Assembly: GCF_006345805.1 (NCBI RefSeq)
Contig: NC_043007.1
Coordinates: 12,276,001 to 12,340,000 of the forward strand
Length of the DNA stretch: 64,000 nucleotides
DNA from: Octopus sinensis
Lineage: Eukaryota
Direction of reading: 5' to 3'
In this document: positions 40,223 to 52,323 of the stretch, one piece after another
How positions within the stretch are numbered: the first letter of the stretch is position 1
Layout of the letters: every line of letters starts with the position of its first letter
Position numbers and translations under genes: made by a program
Notes under the pieces: model-generated
Databases searched by the model: none
Told to the model about the DNA's origin: nothing
What the model saw: only the letters and a program-made list of their open reading frames with translations

Positions 40223-40792
40223 TATTGGGCTGTCTGGAAAGTGTGTGCTGGTTTTTAAAGGAAAGAAAAGGGTCAATAAATACTTGTCATTACATTTTAA
40301 AAAAAACAAATATGAACCATTTTGTTGCACAATGTGTCTCCATCTTTCCTTTAACTTGAAAATACCCTCTTCCCAGAATTGAGGTGGTTTCATGGCAAAG
40401 AATTCATCAAGGTATCTTTTTATGCCATCCAAGGAATTGAAACTTTTACCATTAAGACTATTCTGCAGAGACCTGAATAAGTGGAAGTCTGAAGGAGCAA
40501 TATCTGGTGAATATGGAGGGTGAGGTAACACATCCCAGCCAAGCTGCAGCAATTTTTGTCTGGTTCCCAAAGCATCAAGTGCAGAAAATGAATTTTTTTA
40601 TCTTCCATTTTAAAGGGTTACAGAATTAACACAGGTTATAGGAACATAAACCTTCTTCCACAAAAAGATAGCTTAAACTGCACTCTAAACGGAGGTGTAG
40701 TCAAATCCTATTTTATGGACTCAACCATGTTCTAAAATAAGTCGGAAGGCAAGCTACTATAAATCGGCACGAACTTTCCAGACAACCCAATA
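40223..40792 (-). mobile_element. Internally deleted mariner element with TIRs and transposase C-terminus
   Basis: TA-flanked TIRs TTGGG.TGTC.GGAAAGT..GTGC.G; LGWDVLPHPPYSPDIAPSDFHLFRSLQNSL...GIFKLKERW (YSPDLAP.D motif). Confidence 0.92.
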
Positions 40793-40982
40793 TTTCTACT
40801 AGGTTAAGCAATCATATGAACGCCTTCCTCTGTTAATTGAAAGTTAACTTGCTTCTTGTGTAATTGCAAATCACTCACAATCAAATAAAACTATAATGAT
40901 AGGGGTTCCACTTATGACAGTCCACCCATTATATACATGAGGAACTATATTGATCAATATAACTCTTATTTAATACTATTAA

Positions 40983-41402
40983 TACCTATTTCTTTACTAC
41001 CCACAAGGGGCTAAACACAGAGGAGACAAACAAGAGAAGACAGATAGATTAAGTTGATTATATCGACCCTAGTGCATAACTAGTACTTAATTTATCAACC
41101 CTGAAAGGATGAAAGGCAAAGTCGACCTCAGTGGAATTTGAACTCAGAATGTAGTGGCAGATGAAATACCTATTTCTTTACTACCCACAAGGGGCTAAAC
41201 ACAGAGAGGACAAACAAGGACAGACAAACGGATTAAGTCGATTATATCGACCCCAGTGCATAACTGGTATTTATTTAATCAACCCCGAAAGGATGAAAGC
41301 CGAAGTCGACCTCGGCAGAATTTGAACTCAGAATGTAAAGACAGACGAAACAACACTAAGCGTTTTGCCCAGTGTGCTAACAATTCTGCCAGCTCGCCGC
41401 CT
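40983..41402 (-). mobile_element. SINE family B tandem dimer
   Basis: Two units joined at GAAATA|GGTATTTC (about 41170). Confidence 0.85.
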
Positions 41403-41539
41403 TTTTTGTTTAATAATATTAATATCAACCACAACTGGATGCTAGAATTGCTCAGTGATGTGCCAGCTCCAGGATTTGATCCTCAGAAGAGAAGAGGTTG
41501 GTTGAAAAAGCCAAACTTGCTACCTTCAAATCACTTTTT

Positions 41540-42215
41540 GTGTTTCCTCACCTATGGTCACAAATGTTGGGAAATGACCAAAAGAATACAAAATGATCAA
41601 AAGAGTACAATCACAAATACAAGCAACCAAAATGGGATCATTCTGAAGGGTCTCTAGAATAATGTTACTTGACAGGGTGCATAGCCGAGGGAACAGAGAG
41701 TCTATCCAGGTCGAGCCGCTACTTCCCCCGCATTGAAAAGTCACAGCCCCAGTACTATTGGGTTGTTCGGAAAGTTTGTGCCGATTTATAGTAGCTTACC
41801 TTTTGACTTACCCTCCCAGGCACCCTGATTCTGGGAAAAGGGTATTTTTAAGTTAAAGGAAAGATGGAGACGCATTGTGCAACAAACTGGTTCATATTTG
41901 GTTGATTAAAAATGTAATGGCAAGTATTTATTGACCTTTTTCTTTCCTTTGAAAATCAGCACGAACTTTCCAGACAACCCAATACAAACATGTAACTAGA
42001 ATGGGAAGGAGTCACAAGGCAAATTCTTAAAGCTGGGCCAATCAGTGGAAGACCTAGGAGTAGGTCAAGAATGAAATGGTTGAATAATGTTAATACTCTC
42101 AGCTGGCTGGGTTTGGGAATCCAGTCGGAAAGTGTAATGACACTTACATCTGACAGTGGAGCCTGAGGATATACTCCCACAACCCTCCCAAGAAGTGAAC
42201 AGAAAAGATGGAAAG
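41540..42215 (+). mobile_element. Decayed RTE LINE fragment interrupted by a mariner MITE
   Basis: LTYGHKCWEMTKRI upstream and RQILKAGP...RPRSRSRMKW downstream of the MITE. Confidence 0.6.
41756..41984 (+). mobile_element. Mariner-derived MITE (same TIRs as 40223-40792)
   Basis: taTTGGGTTGTTCGGAAAGTTTGTGCCGATTT...AAATCAGCACGAACTTTCCAGACAACCCAAta. Confidence 0.88.
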
Positions 42216-42309
42216 ACGACCTGCCTAAGGTTACCATGGCATTTTTGATACAAAATTTTGGCTTTAAAGAGATCTAAATTAAAACCTTCAATCAAAATGT
42301 TATATTAAT

Positions 42310-42975
42310 TACACTCATGCACATACAACACACCACGAAACTCAAACACATATATACCACAAAAACAAATACACCTATATACAAACACACACACACACAT
42401 ATGCAGTACTGTGCATAACACATACATACAACTACATAGATATACATGTTACAAAATATATACCTATACACATGTATACAACAAACAAACACACACATAC
42501 ATACAACAGACATAAACATATATACACACATACATACAACACACACACATACATATACACACATACACAAACATATACACACACATACAAACAACACACA
42601 CACATACATATACACACACATACATAACACACATACAACACACACACAAACATACACACACATACATACAACACAAACATATACACACATACATACAACA
42701 CACACATACAACACACACAAACATATACACACATACATACACATATACACACACACACATACATAACACACAAACATATACACACACATACATACAACAC
42801 ACACATACAACACACACAAACATATACACACATACATACATATATACACACACACACATACATAACACACAAACATATACACACACATACATACAACACA
42901 CACACAAGCATATACACACATACATACAACACAGAAACATACATACAGCACACACACAAACATATATACACTCAA
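42310..42975. repeat. Complex (CA/CATA)n low-complexity tract
   Basis: About 660 nt of ACAC/ATAC variants. Confidence 0.9.
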
Positions 42976-43020
42976 ACCTACTACCAAAATTTCATGCTAA
43001 TTTCTGCTCCAAACCCCATC

Positions 43021-43246
43021 TTAACCCTTTTGATATCAACCTGCCTCAGTCCACCCTTCGTTCTATGGCACAAACTTCCTGTTTCAAAGTAACCTCAATT
43101 AAACTTCTCATTAAAATTTTCTGTTAATTTATATTCCAAGCACCAGTTTAATAATGACATTGTAATTCCACTAAATTCATTATTTTAGAAATTAATTAAA
43201 AAAAGGAAAGTATATATTTTGAGAAATATTCTAACAAAAGGGTTAA
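43021..43246. mobile_element. piggyBac-like MITE
   Basis: ttaaCCCTTTTG...CAAAAGGGttaa. Confidence 0.65.
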
Positions 43247-43786
43247 AGACAGCAGGGTATGATTTGTGAGAGATTAGGCTGCTATTTTGAACAGGTCAAG
43301 CAATCATGTATTTCATGAATGGCACCATTCAAGCGTGATCGTTACCAACGTTGCCTTACTGGCAACTGTTCTGGTGGCATGTGTAAAAAGATTCGAGGAA
43401 GGTCGTTGCCAGTACCACCTGACTGGCCCTTGTGCCGGTGGCACATAAAAAGCACCCACCACACTCTCGGAGTGGTTGGCGTTAGGAAGGGCATCCAGCT
43501 GTAGAAACTCTGCCAGGTCAATATTGGAGCCTGGTGCAGCCATCTGTTTCGCCAGCCCTCAGTCAAAATCGTCCAACCCATGCTAGCATAGAAAGCAAAC
43601 GTTAAATGATGATGATGATGATGAAACACACGTTTGTCTACTTATGAGCAACACTCACACTCCTCAAACCCTGTGTGTGTGTGTGCATGGGTGTGTGTGT
43701 GTTGGGCCAGCTCCAACCAATGAGTTCCTCACATCCCTCACCAATGCTGATCCCATTGTTTTAGAAGTTAATTGAAACAAGGGCAG

Positions 43787-44303
43787 TACCGTAAATTCTT
43801 CAGTATAGTCCGCCCTTGAGTATAACATGCAGGGGATTTTTAGGGGGCTGTACCTCTGAAAAACTTAAACCTTGTGTATAACACGCACCCCTTCTCTAAC
43901 TTGAGTAAAAGAGGTCTATATAACGCCCTTGGTTTGTAAAACTGTATACGGTAACGTCCTTTATTATTATTGTATATATAACATAATGCAAACGTGTAGC
44001 TTTTTTGTGCATTTTGTTTGCAGAAAATAAAGAAATAACAGTAATAACGTTTATTAAATGTTGCTTATTGCAAGTTATGGATGATTCTTTTATGACTTCA
44101 TTGCTTAAAGGATTAGCTTAAGGTATTTTCGCGCCCAACATTACAAAATGCGTCTGAATAAACATTGCCGGACAGCAAATAGAAACTCGGACATTCCTTA
44201 GAAAATATTTTCCATTATTTAACCTTGTATATAGTACGCACTAGGGATTTTGACCTTTTAATTTTGGGAAAAAAATGCAGATTATACTCGAGGATTTACG
44301 GTA
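43787..44303. mobile_element. Tc2/pogo-like MITE
   Basis: taCCGTAAATTCTTCAGTATA...TATACTCGAGGATTTACGGta; TA target duplication. Confidence 0.75.
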
Positions 44304-44588
44304 TATATTTTGACTAATATAGTAACAAAAACCACTGAGGTCAACTTTGCCTTTCATCCTTTCAGGATCGATAAATTAAGTACCAGTTGCATACTGGGTT
44401 GATCTAATCGAGTGGTGCCCCCCCCACCATCACCACCACCACCAAAAATTTTGGGCTTTGTGCCTAGAGTAGAAAAGAATATGGTAACAAAAGGGGAGAG
44501 GCAGTAGGGTGTAATTTGGGCGAGATTAGGCTGCTATTTTTAACAGATCAAACAATCATGTACTTTTACTTTTACTTGTTTCAGACAT

Positions 44589-44962
44589 TTGACTGTGCTT
44601 TGAGCCACTTCTTCACTACAGTTTTCACTTCCTCGTCACTGGAATAATGTTTGCCTCTCAAACCCCCTTTCATGGGGCTGAAGGGATGATAGTCTGAAGG
44701 CGCTAAATTATTCCAGTGATTAGGAAGTGAAAACTGTAGTGAAGAAGTGGCTCAAAGAACAGTCAACAGAATTTTACGGTGCAGGGATACATCTCTCATT
44801 CGAAGGTGGAACATTGCTATTGAGAGAAACGGTGACTATGTTGAGATGTAGGGATGTGATCCATAGAGGACCAGCTTCATTTTGATGTACGATACATGTT
44901 CCTGTGTTGGTAATTATACCTGTCCTAAACAAAATGGCATTACTTTTTGACTCACCCTCATG
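44589..44962 (+). mobile_element. Mariner 3' end with fold-back inverted duplication
   Basis: YSSD*EVKTVVKKWLKEQSTEFY...RRWNIAIERNGDYVE on plus; LAPSDYHPFSPMKGGLRGKHYSSDEEVK on minus; terminal TTACTTTTTGACTCACCCTC. Confidence 0.8.
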
Positions 44963-45613
44963 TATATATATATATAAGTTCAGCAAAATTTAGATTCAGA
45001 TGAATATGGTACTTAAGTTAAAGGCACCAGAATTTGGTATGGTATTATCCATATAAATCAAATGGGATGATTATAATCAAAATAAGCAACAAGGATATCC
45101 AAGGTAGTGTAGTATAAATAAGTATAAAAATGTACATTGTCCATTTGATTTTAAAAATTCTATATGTAGCTGAAGATTGCTTTACATTTAATACTAATGT
45201 AATACTTACATTGTTTAATAAAATGAAGTAGCATGAAACGATTGTACTACACTACCATGATTATCCTTGTTGCATATTTTGAGTATATATATATATATAT
45301 ATATAAAATACAAAAATAGGACAAGAACACAAAACATCCAGACAGTTAGGTGAAACAAGAAAAGGAAAACAAAATATCCAGATAGACAATACAAGGAAAA
45401 CAAGGACAGATCATTTGGAGTTTTCTATCCTCAGTTGAGTTCCAGATTATCTTTGAAATTTCGGCTGGTTATACTCAAGATTGCTCCAATCTGGTCAGCC
45501 CCAGCAGTGTACATACACTTTGGTCTCTTTTATATATATATTGGTAAAAACGGTAAGATAACAAAAGAAAGAAAGAGACCTCAATATTATGTAAATAGAG
45601 GAAATTTATCTGT

Positions 45614-45769
45614 AAAAATAATATGTGACAATTACTCGGTAGCCAAGATAAAACTCTGAGTTTCGGATGCCGAGGTGGAACTGAAGAGATGGTGGTGTGG
45701 ATTTCCACCTCAGCATCCTAAACTCAGAGTTTTATCTTGGCTACTGAGTAATTATCACATATTATTTTT
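45614..45769. repeat. Inverted repeat (67-bp arms, 22-nt spacer), Penelope-like terminus
   Basis: 45614-45680 versus 45703-45769, 4 mismatches. Confidence 0.9.
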
Positions 45770-45786
45770 AGATATATTTTTAGATA

Positions 45787-45834
<48 letters not shown>

Positions 45835-45919
45835 CATATTGGTGCATAAACATCATTATGATAAAATATGATATAAATTTATATCATTTAATAATAGATA
45901 AAAAAATTTGAAATCTTAC

Positions 45920-46014
45920 CTTCATTAATACAGATTCACTTAATTTTTCCCTATTTACAATTTTTATGGCAACCTTTTTGCCAGTTATGCAATGTACTCC
46001 CAGTTTTACCAGTC
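45920..46014 (-). CDS. BRSK2: BRSK/SAD kinase coding exon (subdomains I-II), 95 nt
   Basis: Minus strand reads ttgcag|GA CTG GTA AAA ... TTA ATG AAG|gtaaga = (G)[31 protein letters not shown]; canonical AG/GT; contains the VAIK catalytic lysine; recognisable BRSK1/2-SAD-1 sequence. Confidence 0.96.
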
Positions 46015-46367
46015 CTGCAAGAAACAATAAAATAAACATCAGTTCAAAAGTTGACTTTGGTTTTTAATTATTTCATGGAGAAAATCAGTAACTAAATAAC
46101 GATAATTAGATGGAATCCTACCAACAAACACTAGCAAATATCTGAAGTAAGCCAGAAAATTTGTATCCTTATTGAAAGCAGGTTTTGATAGTTTGAATAG
46201 CAATAGATATGCTCTTACTAAGACACCACAATCTTAATCTGAAAATTAACTCATCATCATCATTACCATAGACATTGTCAGTGTCATCATTGTTGTCAAT
46301 GTCGCCATCACTGCTGTCATCGTCATCATCACTGATGCTTTAACATGTATTTTTTCATGCTTGCCTA

Positions 46368-46759
46368 TCTCTATATATATAAAGCTGAAGTTGTCCGTGT
46401 ATGGCAGGTCTGGTAGCCTTCAACTAACACTATCTCCTCCGAGACCCTGTGGCGAAAGTTGACCAAAATTGAGAGTATGATAGAAGAAGGCTTGCTCTTC
46501 CCTCCGTAGATGAAAATATTCAAATCGGACCATGTTAACACCAAAAATTATTTACATCAAAAAGGTGCTTTTTTTCTATGAAAATCCCTATTTTTTATGA
46601 TTTTTTTACTGCTGTGTCGCCATTTTTCGGTGTATTTCAACCAGAAAAATGTTCACTTAAAGAGAATAACAAGCTACATAATGCAAAAGTTTTACTTTTC
46701 AAAACTTCCAATTCTAAAGGGTCGAAACAAACCCGAGCAATGTCGGACAATACTGCTAG
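46368..46759 (+). mobile_element. Non-autonomous Helitron
   Basis: a|TC...CTAG|t; near-identical to 19443-19834. Confidence 0.8.
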
Positions 46760-47018
46760 TTTCAGATAAAAATTGTTAAGGCAGATTTTCCATAATAGGA
46801 CACACTTGCTATCAGCAACCCTCGCCAATTTCCAAGCAAGGTTATCTTTCCTCTTATTACTTCAAACAACAAACAGCTCAATGGCTGGACATGTTTCCTT
46901 GGCAGATAGCAAATCAAATGGCATCACTTTGTTTACAATCAGTGCCTTTGTTTTCAATCTGCTTACAACTAATAAGACAAGAGGAAATTACAATCACAAA
47001 CACTCTTACATATACACC

Positions 47019-47060
<42 letters not shown>

Positions 47061-47307
47061 ATGGTCAAACAATCATAGGTGTGAGGAAGGTATTCATATG
47101 CAAAATTGTATATACAATTTACATGAAGTGTAGGCTGCATGCACAATTTTTCATATCTGTACATTCTTTACACCTATACTTGTTATCCATCATCTTTCTT
47201 GTATATATATTTATTATTATTATTTATTTTTTTTTTTTGCTGTAGTTTCACCTCATAGCTGTGGCCATTCTGATGCACCACCGTTAAGAAATGTGCCAAC
47301 CACCGGA

Positions 47308-47358
47308 TGCCGAAACCCGGGATCGAACCAGGGACATTTACATCTTCCATCTAACGCT
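47308..47358 (-). pseudogene. 5'-truncated tRNA-Phe(GAA) pseudogene (positions about 23-73)
   Basis: AGCGTTAGATGGAAGATGTAAATGTCCCTGGTTCGATCCCGGGTTTCGGCA differs at about 4 positions from the metazoan tRNA-Phe sequence as I recall it; D-arm 5' side and 5' acceptor strand missing; no CCA. Confidence 0.85.
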
Positions 47359-48390
47359 ACAGACAGACAGATAGAAAGAGAGAGTGAGAGAAGGCAAATG
47401 TAATAAAAATTATAAGTACACAAGAAAAAAAATTTGAATTTACTCAGGTTCAATTCCATTATGTGGCACTTGGGGGTCAAATGTCTTCTACTATAGCCCC
47501 AAGCTGACTGTGAATGGATTTGGTGAAGTCTATCATATATATATATACAAAGGATGTGATATGTAAATTGTCGCCATTTTATATTCTTAATTTCATGCAT
47601 GCGTATTGTTTGTCTTTGATTTTGTCAACTACACAGTATAGTAGGGTCAGCCGGGCACTGTCTGTGAGAAAAACAGCACCATGATGCATTTCACTCTGCC
47701 AAGAATTTGGAAACAACATGCTGTACTGCATAATAAACATGAAATTTTGAAGCAAGCCTTTAGTTTTTAATTTAGATCACTTTAAAACAGAAGGTTTCTA
47801 TCAAAGAATCAAAGACAATCAGAGACAAGTTAATATAAAAATAGGTTGAGGATGATTTAGACATATAAAAAATTATAAAGATACAGTTGCATCTTTTAGT
47901 TTCTTCCAAGGGTCACATGCTTCTTGACAGCGAAACTATGCAGCCAAATAATTTTCTTCAACCAAATAATTCTGTTAACTATTGATTTTTTTAATTATTA
48001 CTATTATTATTATGTAACCGAAATAGAATAAAAAGATTTTTGTACTCAAATTATTTAAATTAATTAAATGTTTCTAATTAAAGTTATTTCCTATAATTAC
48101 AAAATAATTCTGATTCTGTTTTGTTCAATTTTGAGATTAATGTGATATAATTTGAACATTAATAACAGTACTGAAGACAATAACCTATTTAATTATTTTG
48201 GTAAATAATTTAAGAAAATTTACTCTGTTTTCCTAAGGTTGATGGACAAGTAATTGCACATTCTAAGTGCAGATGAGTTTGTATGTACAAAGGTGAACTG
48301 AGTGGGTAACACTGCATAACATTGGAATTATCAGATGGTTGTGAGCTAATGTTCTTGTATATCTCACACACAAGAACACCCATATATATA

Positions 48391-48772
48391 TACACTTGCA
48401 TCAGAAATTAATTAGCACTTCTCAAATTTCTACATTAAATAGGTTAAATCAATTAACCTATGAGCTGTTCAAAACGTCTTACGCGATGAGAAAACTTAGT
48501 ATGGTGTGATTTCGGTCCTTGCGAGGCGCTACCTATATCTATTAAACAAAGGAATTTATCTGCATCCGCACTCCAAGTTGTTGTTGCACTGCTATGTCAA
48601 CATCATAAGGCTGTAGACTCTCAAACTGCTCTGCAAACAAAGTTACGTCATCGTTCTGCGCAACAGTGAACTCGCAACAAAGCAATAGTTCGAGATATGG
48701 CCACTAGGTGACAGCACATACCTTGAGTGAAGAGCAAATCAAGGGTGCTAATTAATTTCTGACGGTAGTGTA
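48391..48772. mobile_element. Tc1-like MITE
   Basis: taCACT.G..TCAGAAATTAATTAGCAC...GTGCTAATTAATTTCTGACGGTAGTGta inside a TA run. Confidence 0.8.
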
Positions 48773-49023
48773 TATATATAACATATAACACACACAAACA
48801 CACACACACACACACACACGTATATATCCCTATATAAAAATGATTTAGTATTTCTAAACTGAATTTTTCCCTGTAAGTTAGGAATAATATTCCCTCAAAT
48901 TATTATTATAATATATATATGTATAATAGTTACTCCAAACATGAACAAAGAGAAAACACAACAATGCAAGGACTTGGAACAAGTATAGTGTTATTGGACA
49001 CTCAGGAAAAGAAAGAAAGAAGG

Positions 49024-49063
49024 AGGATTTAACGTTTCGAGCAGAGCTCTTCATCAGAAACAT
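49024..49063 (-). ncRNA. Minimal type I hammerhead ribozyme motif (intact core) in a Penelope-like remnant
   Basis: gttt CTGATGA A GAGC tct GCTC GAAAC GTT aaat. Confidence 0.7.
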
Positions 49064-49474
49064 AGAGAGAAGAAAGGTCCAAGGAAGGGAAGACAGAGAA
49101 AGAAAATCACCAACAATACACACGCAGTCATGCATGTATGTGTGTGTGTGTGTATGTAAGGGTTAATAAGGCAACCAATAGTTTCATGTCAGAGATCTTC
49201 ACAATTGTTCAAGCATGCCACATGGAAGTGTTGGTACACATCTCCACCAATTGCAAAAAAAGATTGATTCCATTTTCTTTCAAAAGTATATAGATTCTTA
49301 TGTCATCAACAATATATTTACGTAAGTATATATGTATGCATACATATATTTATATATACGCATATGTGTATAAGTATATAAATAAATACACACACACACA
49401 CACACTCATGTATATGATTTATACATACTGAATTTTCATCTCATAACTTGAGTTTCAAGCTCTTGTAATCTTCA

Positions 49475-49514
<40 letters not shown>

Positions 49515-49807
49515 TGTGTGTGTGTGTGTGTGTGTGTGTGCATGTGCACCTGTCGCTAACATATATTTTTTAGCAATATAAGTCATTAGAGGGCAATGGA
49601 AAACTAAGTGCTACAAAACCTACATCTTCAACTATATCACTTGATCTGCTTACAAAAATATTCTTTGGTCAAATCTTATTAGAGTTGCAGCTGCTTGGAT
49701 TTTTAAAAATCATTTCAGAAGTCTTCTGAGGAAAATGCTAGCTGGATACATGAGAGTGACTAAAGATTAATAATATGTATTACATTATTATAAATATCAA
49801 AAATGTT

Positions 49808-50214
49808 AGGAGTGGCTGTGTGGTAAGTAACTTGTTTACAAACCACATGGTTCCGGGTTCAGTCCCACTGCGTGGCACTTTGGGCAAAGTGTCTTCTACT
49901 ATAGCCTCGGGTCGACCAGAGCCTTGTGAGTGGATTTGGTAGACGGAAACTGAAAGAAGCCCGTCATATATATGTATGTATATATATATATATGTGTGTG
50001 TGTATGTGTTGGTGTTTGTCCCCCCAACATCGCTTGACAACCGATGCTGGTGTGTTTACGTACCCGTAACTTAGCGGTTCGGCAAAAGCGACCGATAGAA
50101 TAAGTACTGGGCTTACAAAGAATAAGTCCTGGGGTTGATTTGCTCGACTAAAGGCAGTGCTCCAGCATGGCCGCAGTCAAAATGACTGAAACAAGTAAAA
50201 GAGTAAAAAGAGTA
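49808..50214 (+). mobile_element. SINE family A
   Basis: Full-length match. Confidence 0.85.
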
Positions 50215-52290
50215 ATGCTGTGAATGTGTGTTTAATGCCACAGACTGCAATAGTGGAATAAGTCTTAAAGAGCCTGCTGACTTTTCTCAGTGTTACTACG
50301 GCTACTTACAGCTAGAAACCATGTCACCTTTAGTGCCTACTTAAAGCAAGAAGAACTAAGCTATTTAGATGTAAGTGCCTCGGTCACAAGGACACATTTT
50401 TAGCATAGATTTATTAAATTTGTGGCAAAGGAAGAAGTATTTTTAAAGAAATGATAGAGAAATCTTTTTCTTTGGATACAAATAGTTTATTCAATAATGC
50501 TGCAAAGATTAACTGGTCACAGCAGGCCCAGAGAAAATTATAGCCATGAAGAAACAGTAAAAATATGTTTCTTTATTACTCACAAGGGGCTAAACATAGA
50601 GGGGACAAACAAGGACAGACAAACGGATTAAGTCGATTACATCGACCCCAGTGCGTAACTGGTACTTAGTTTATTGACCCTGAAACAGTAAAAATAATTA
50701 ACACACTGAACACACATGTGTGTGAAAGAGAGAGAGAGAGATAGAAATATGAGGAAAAAAAAAGAAAAAGTGAAAGAGAATTGTCTATTTTTGCCAAGCC
50801 TCCTGAACGAGTGGTCAGCTGGGCAAATCTTCATAACAGTGAGAAATTGAGGAGCTGGTAGAAGAGTGCAGAAATCAGGGCTGCCTGACAGGCATGTGGT
50901 GAGGCAACAGAAATGGGTTATTCAGGTTTTGTGGGGACATTCTTTCTTGAAAGCTCCAACTAAGCTTGGAGTTACATAAAACGCACCATTCAAGTGTGGT
51001 TGATGCCAGTACCACCTGACTGGCCCTCGTGCAGGTGACACATAAAAAGCACCCACTACACTCTCAGAGTGGTTGGCATTAGGAAGGGCATCCAACTGTA
51101 AAAACTCTGCCAGATCAGATTGGAGCCTGGTGCAGCCTTCTGGTTTGTCATCCCTGTCAAACCATCCAACCCATGCCAGCATGGAAAGAAGACATCAAAC
51201 GGCAATGATGATGATAATGATGATACATTAGATATGTTAATAATAACTTAGCTTTGTTTTCAATGTGGACAGTGTCACTGAATATTTAATTTCAGTGGGG
51301 ATTTTTGTTTTTGTTTTTTGGGGGTTTTTTTGTAAGGAATCTCATACACTTCAAGGTTACTTTGGCTCTGTTACCATATGTCAACCACAAAATACAAACA
51401 CCCAGTGCTTCTTTTTCCTTTCAAGATCAACTATCTCATGTATCATTTGTTTAGTACAGGAATCCTTATAGCATGGAAGCACTACATTGCTGAAAATCTT
51501 GATAAAAGCTGGAATTCCATAACATGGAATCTATTTTCCATTGACTCATATGTTTCATGGAAATCGGTTAACATGGAACTCTACGGGAAATACGTTTTGT
51601 ATAACAGAATTCCACATTAAAGCAAAGATTTTCAGGAACACAATGCTTCGGTAATGCGGGGGATGCCTGCATATATGAATATAAAGAAGTAAGAATAATT
51701 TTTCAAAAGGTAAATGCTTAAAGCAATGAGGAACAGATCAATTGAGTATCTTTATTGCAAAGTATGCTTTGCGAAACAAAGGCAAACAAAAAATTGCTTT
51801 GAGTGTTTTCAAAGGAAATTTTGTTATAAATATATATATATCTGAAAGTTAATGTTTATGGAGAAAGAAAGAAAGAAAGAAAGCTCACATGATATTTTTT
51901 GTTGGTTTTTTTTGTTGCTTTTTTTTTCACTGTTTTTACTTTGAAATTCAATATTTTTGTGTGATCTGACAATTTGTAGAAACAAAAAAAAACAAAAACA
52001 AAAACAAAATCAGAGAGATGTAATCATATCTGAATCTGACTCTAATGACAATTATGACAAAGATGAATATTTTAAAGTCTTCTCGTTTTTTTTTTGTTTG
52101 TTTTTTTTTTTTTTGTGATTCTGCCGAGTATAAAAACACTCATGAATTGGTAACTTCAAAACAAAAAAAAAATAAATAAAAATAAAAATAAACAAAAAAA
52201 AAGAATAACATATTTTAAGATAACAAGATACTTTGATAAAGATACGACAAAAAAATCTGGGAGTTTTTGTTTCTTCTTTTTGCTTGCTTT

Positions 52291-52323
<33 letters not shown>

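Noticed and set aside
40154-40570. Functional mariner transposase gene
   Set aside because: Only the C-terminal portion remains inside a 570-bp deleted element
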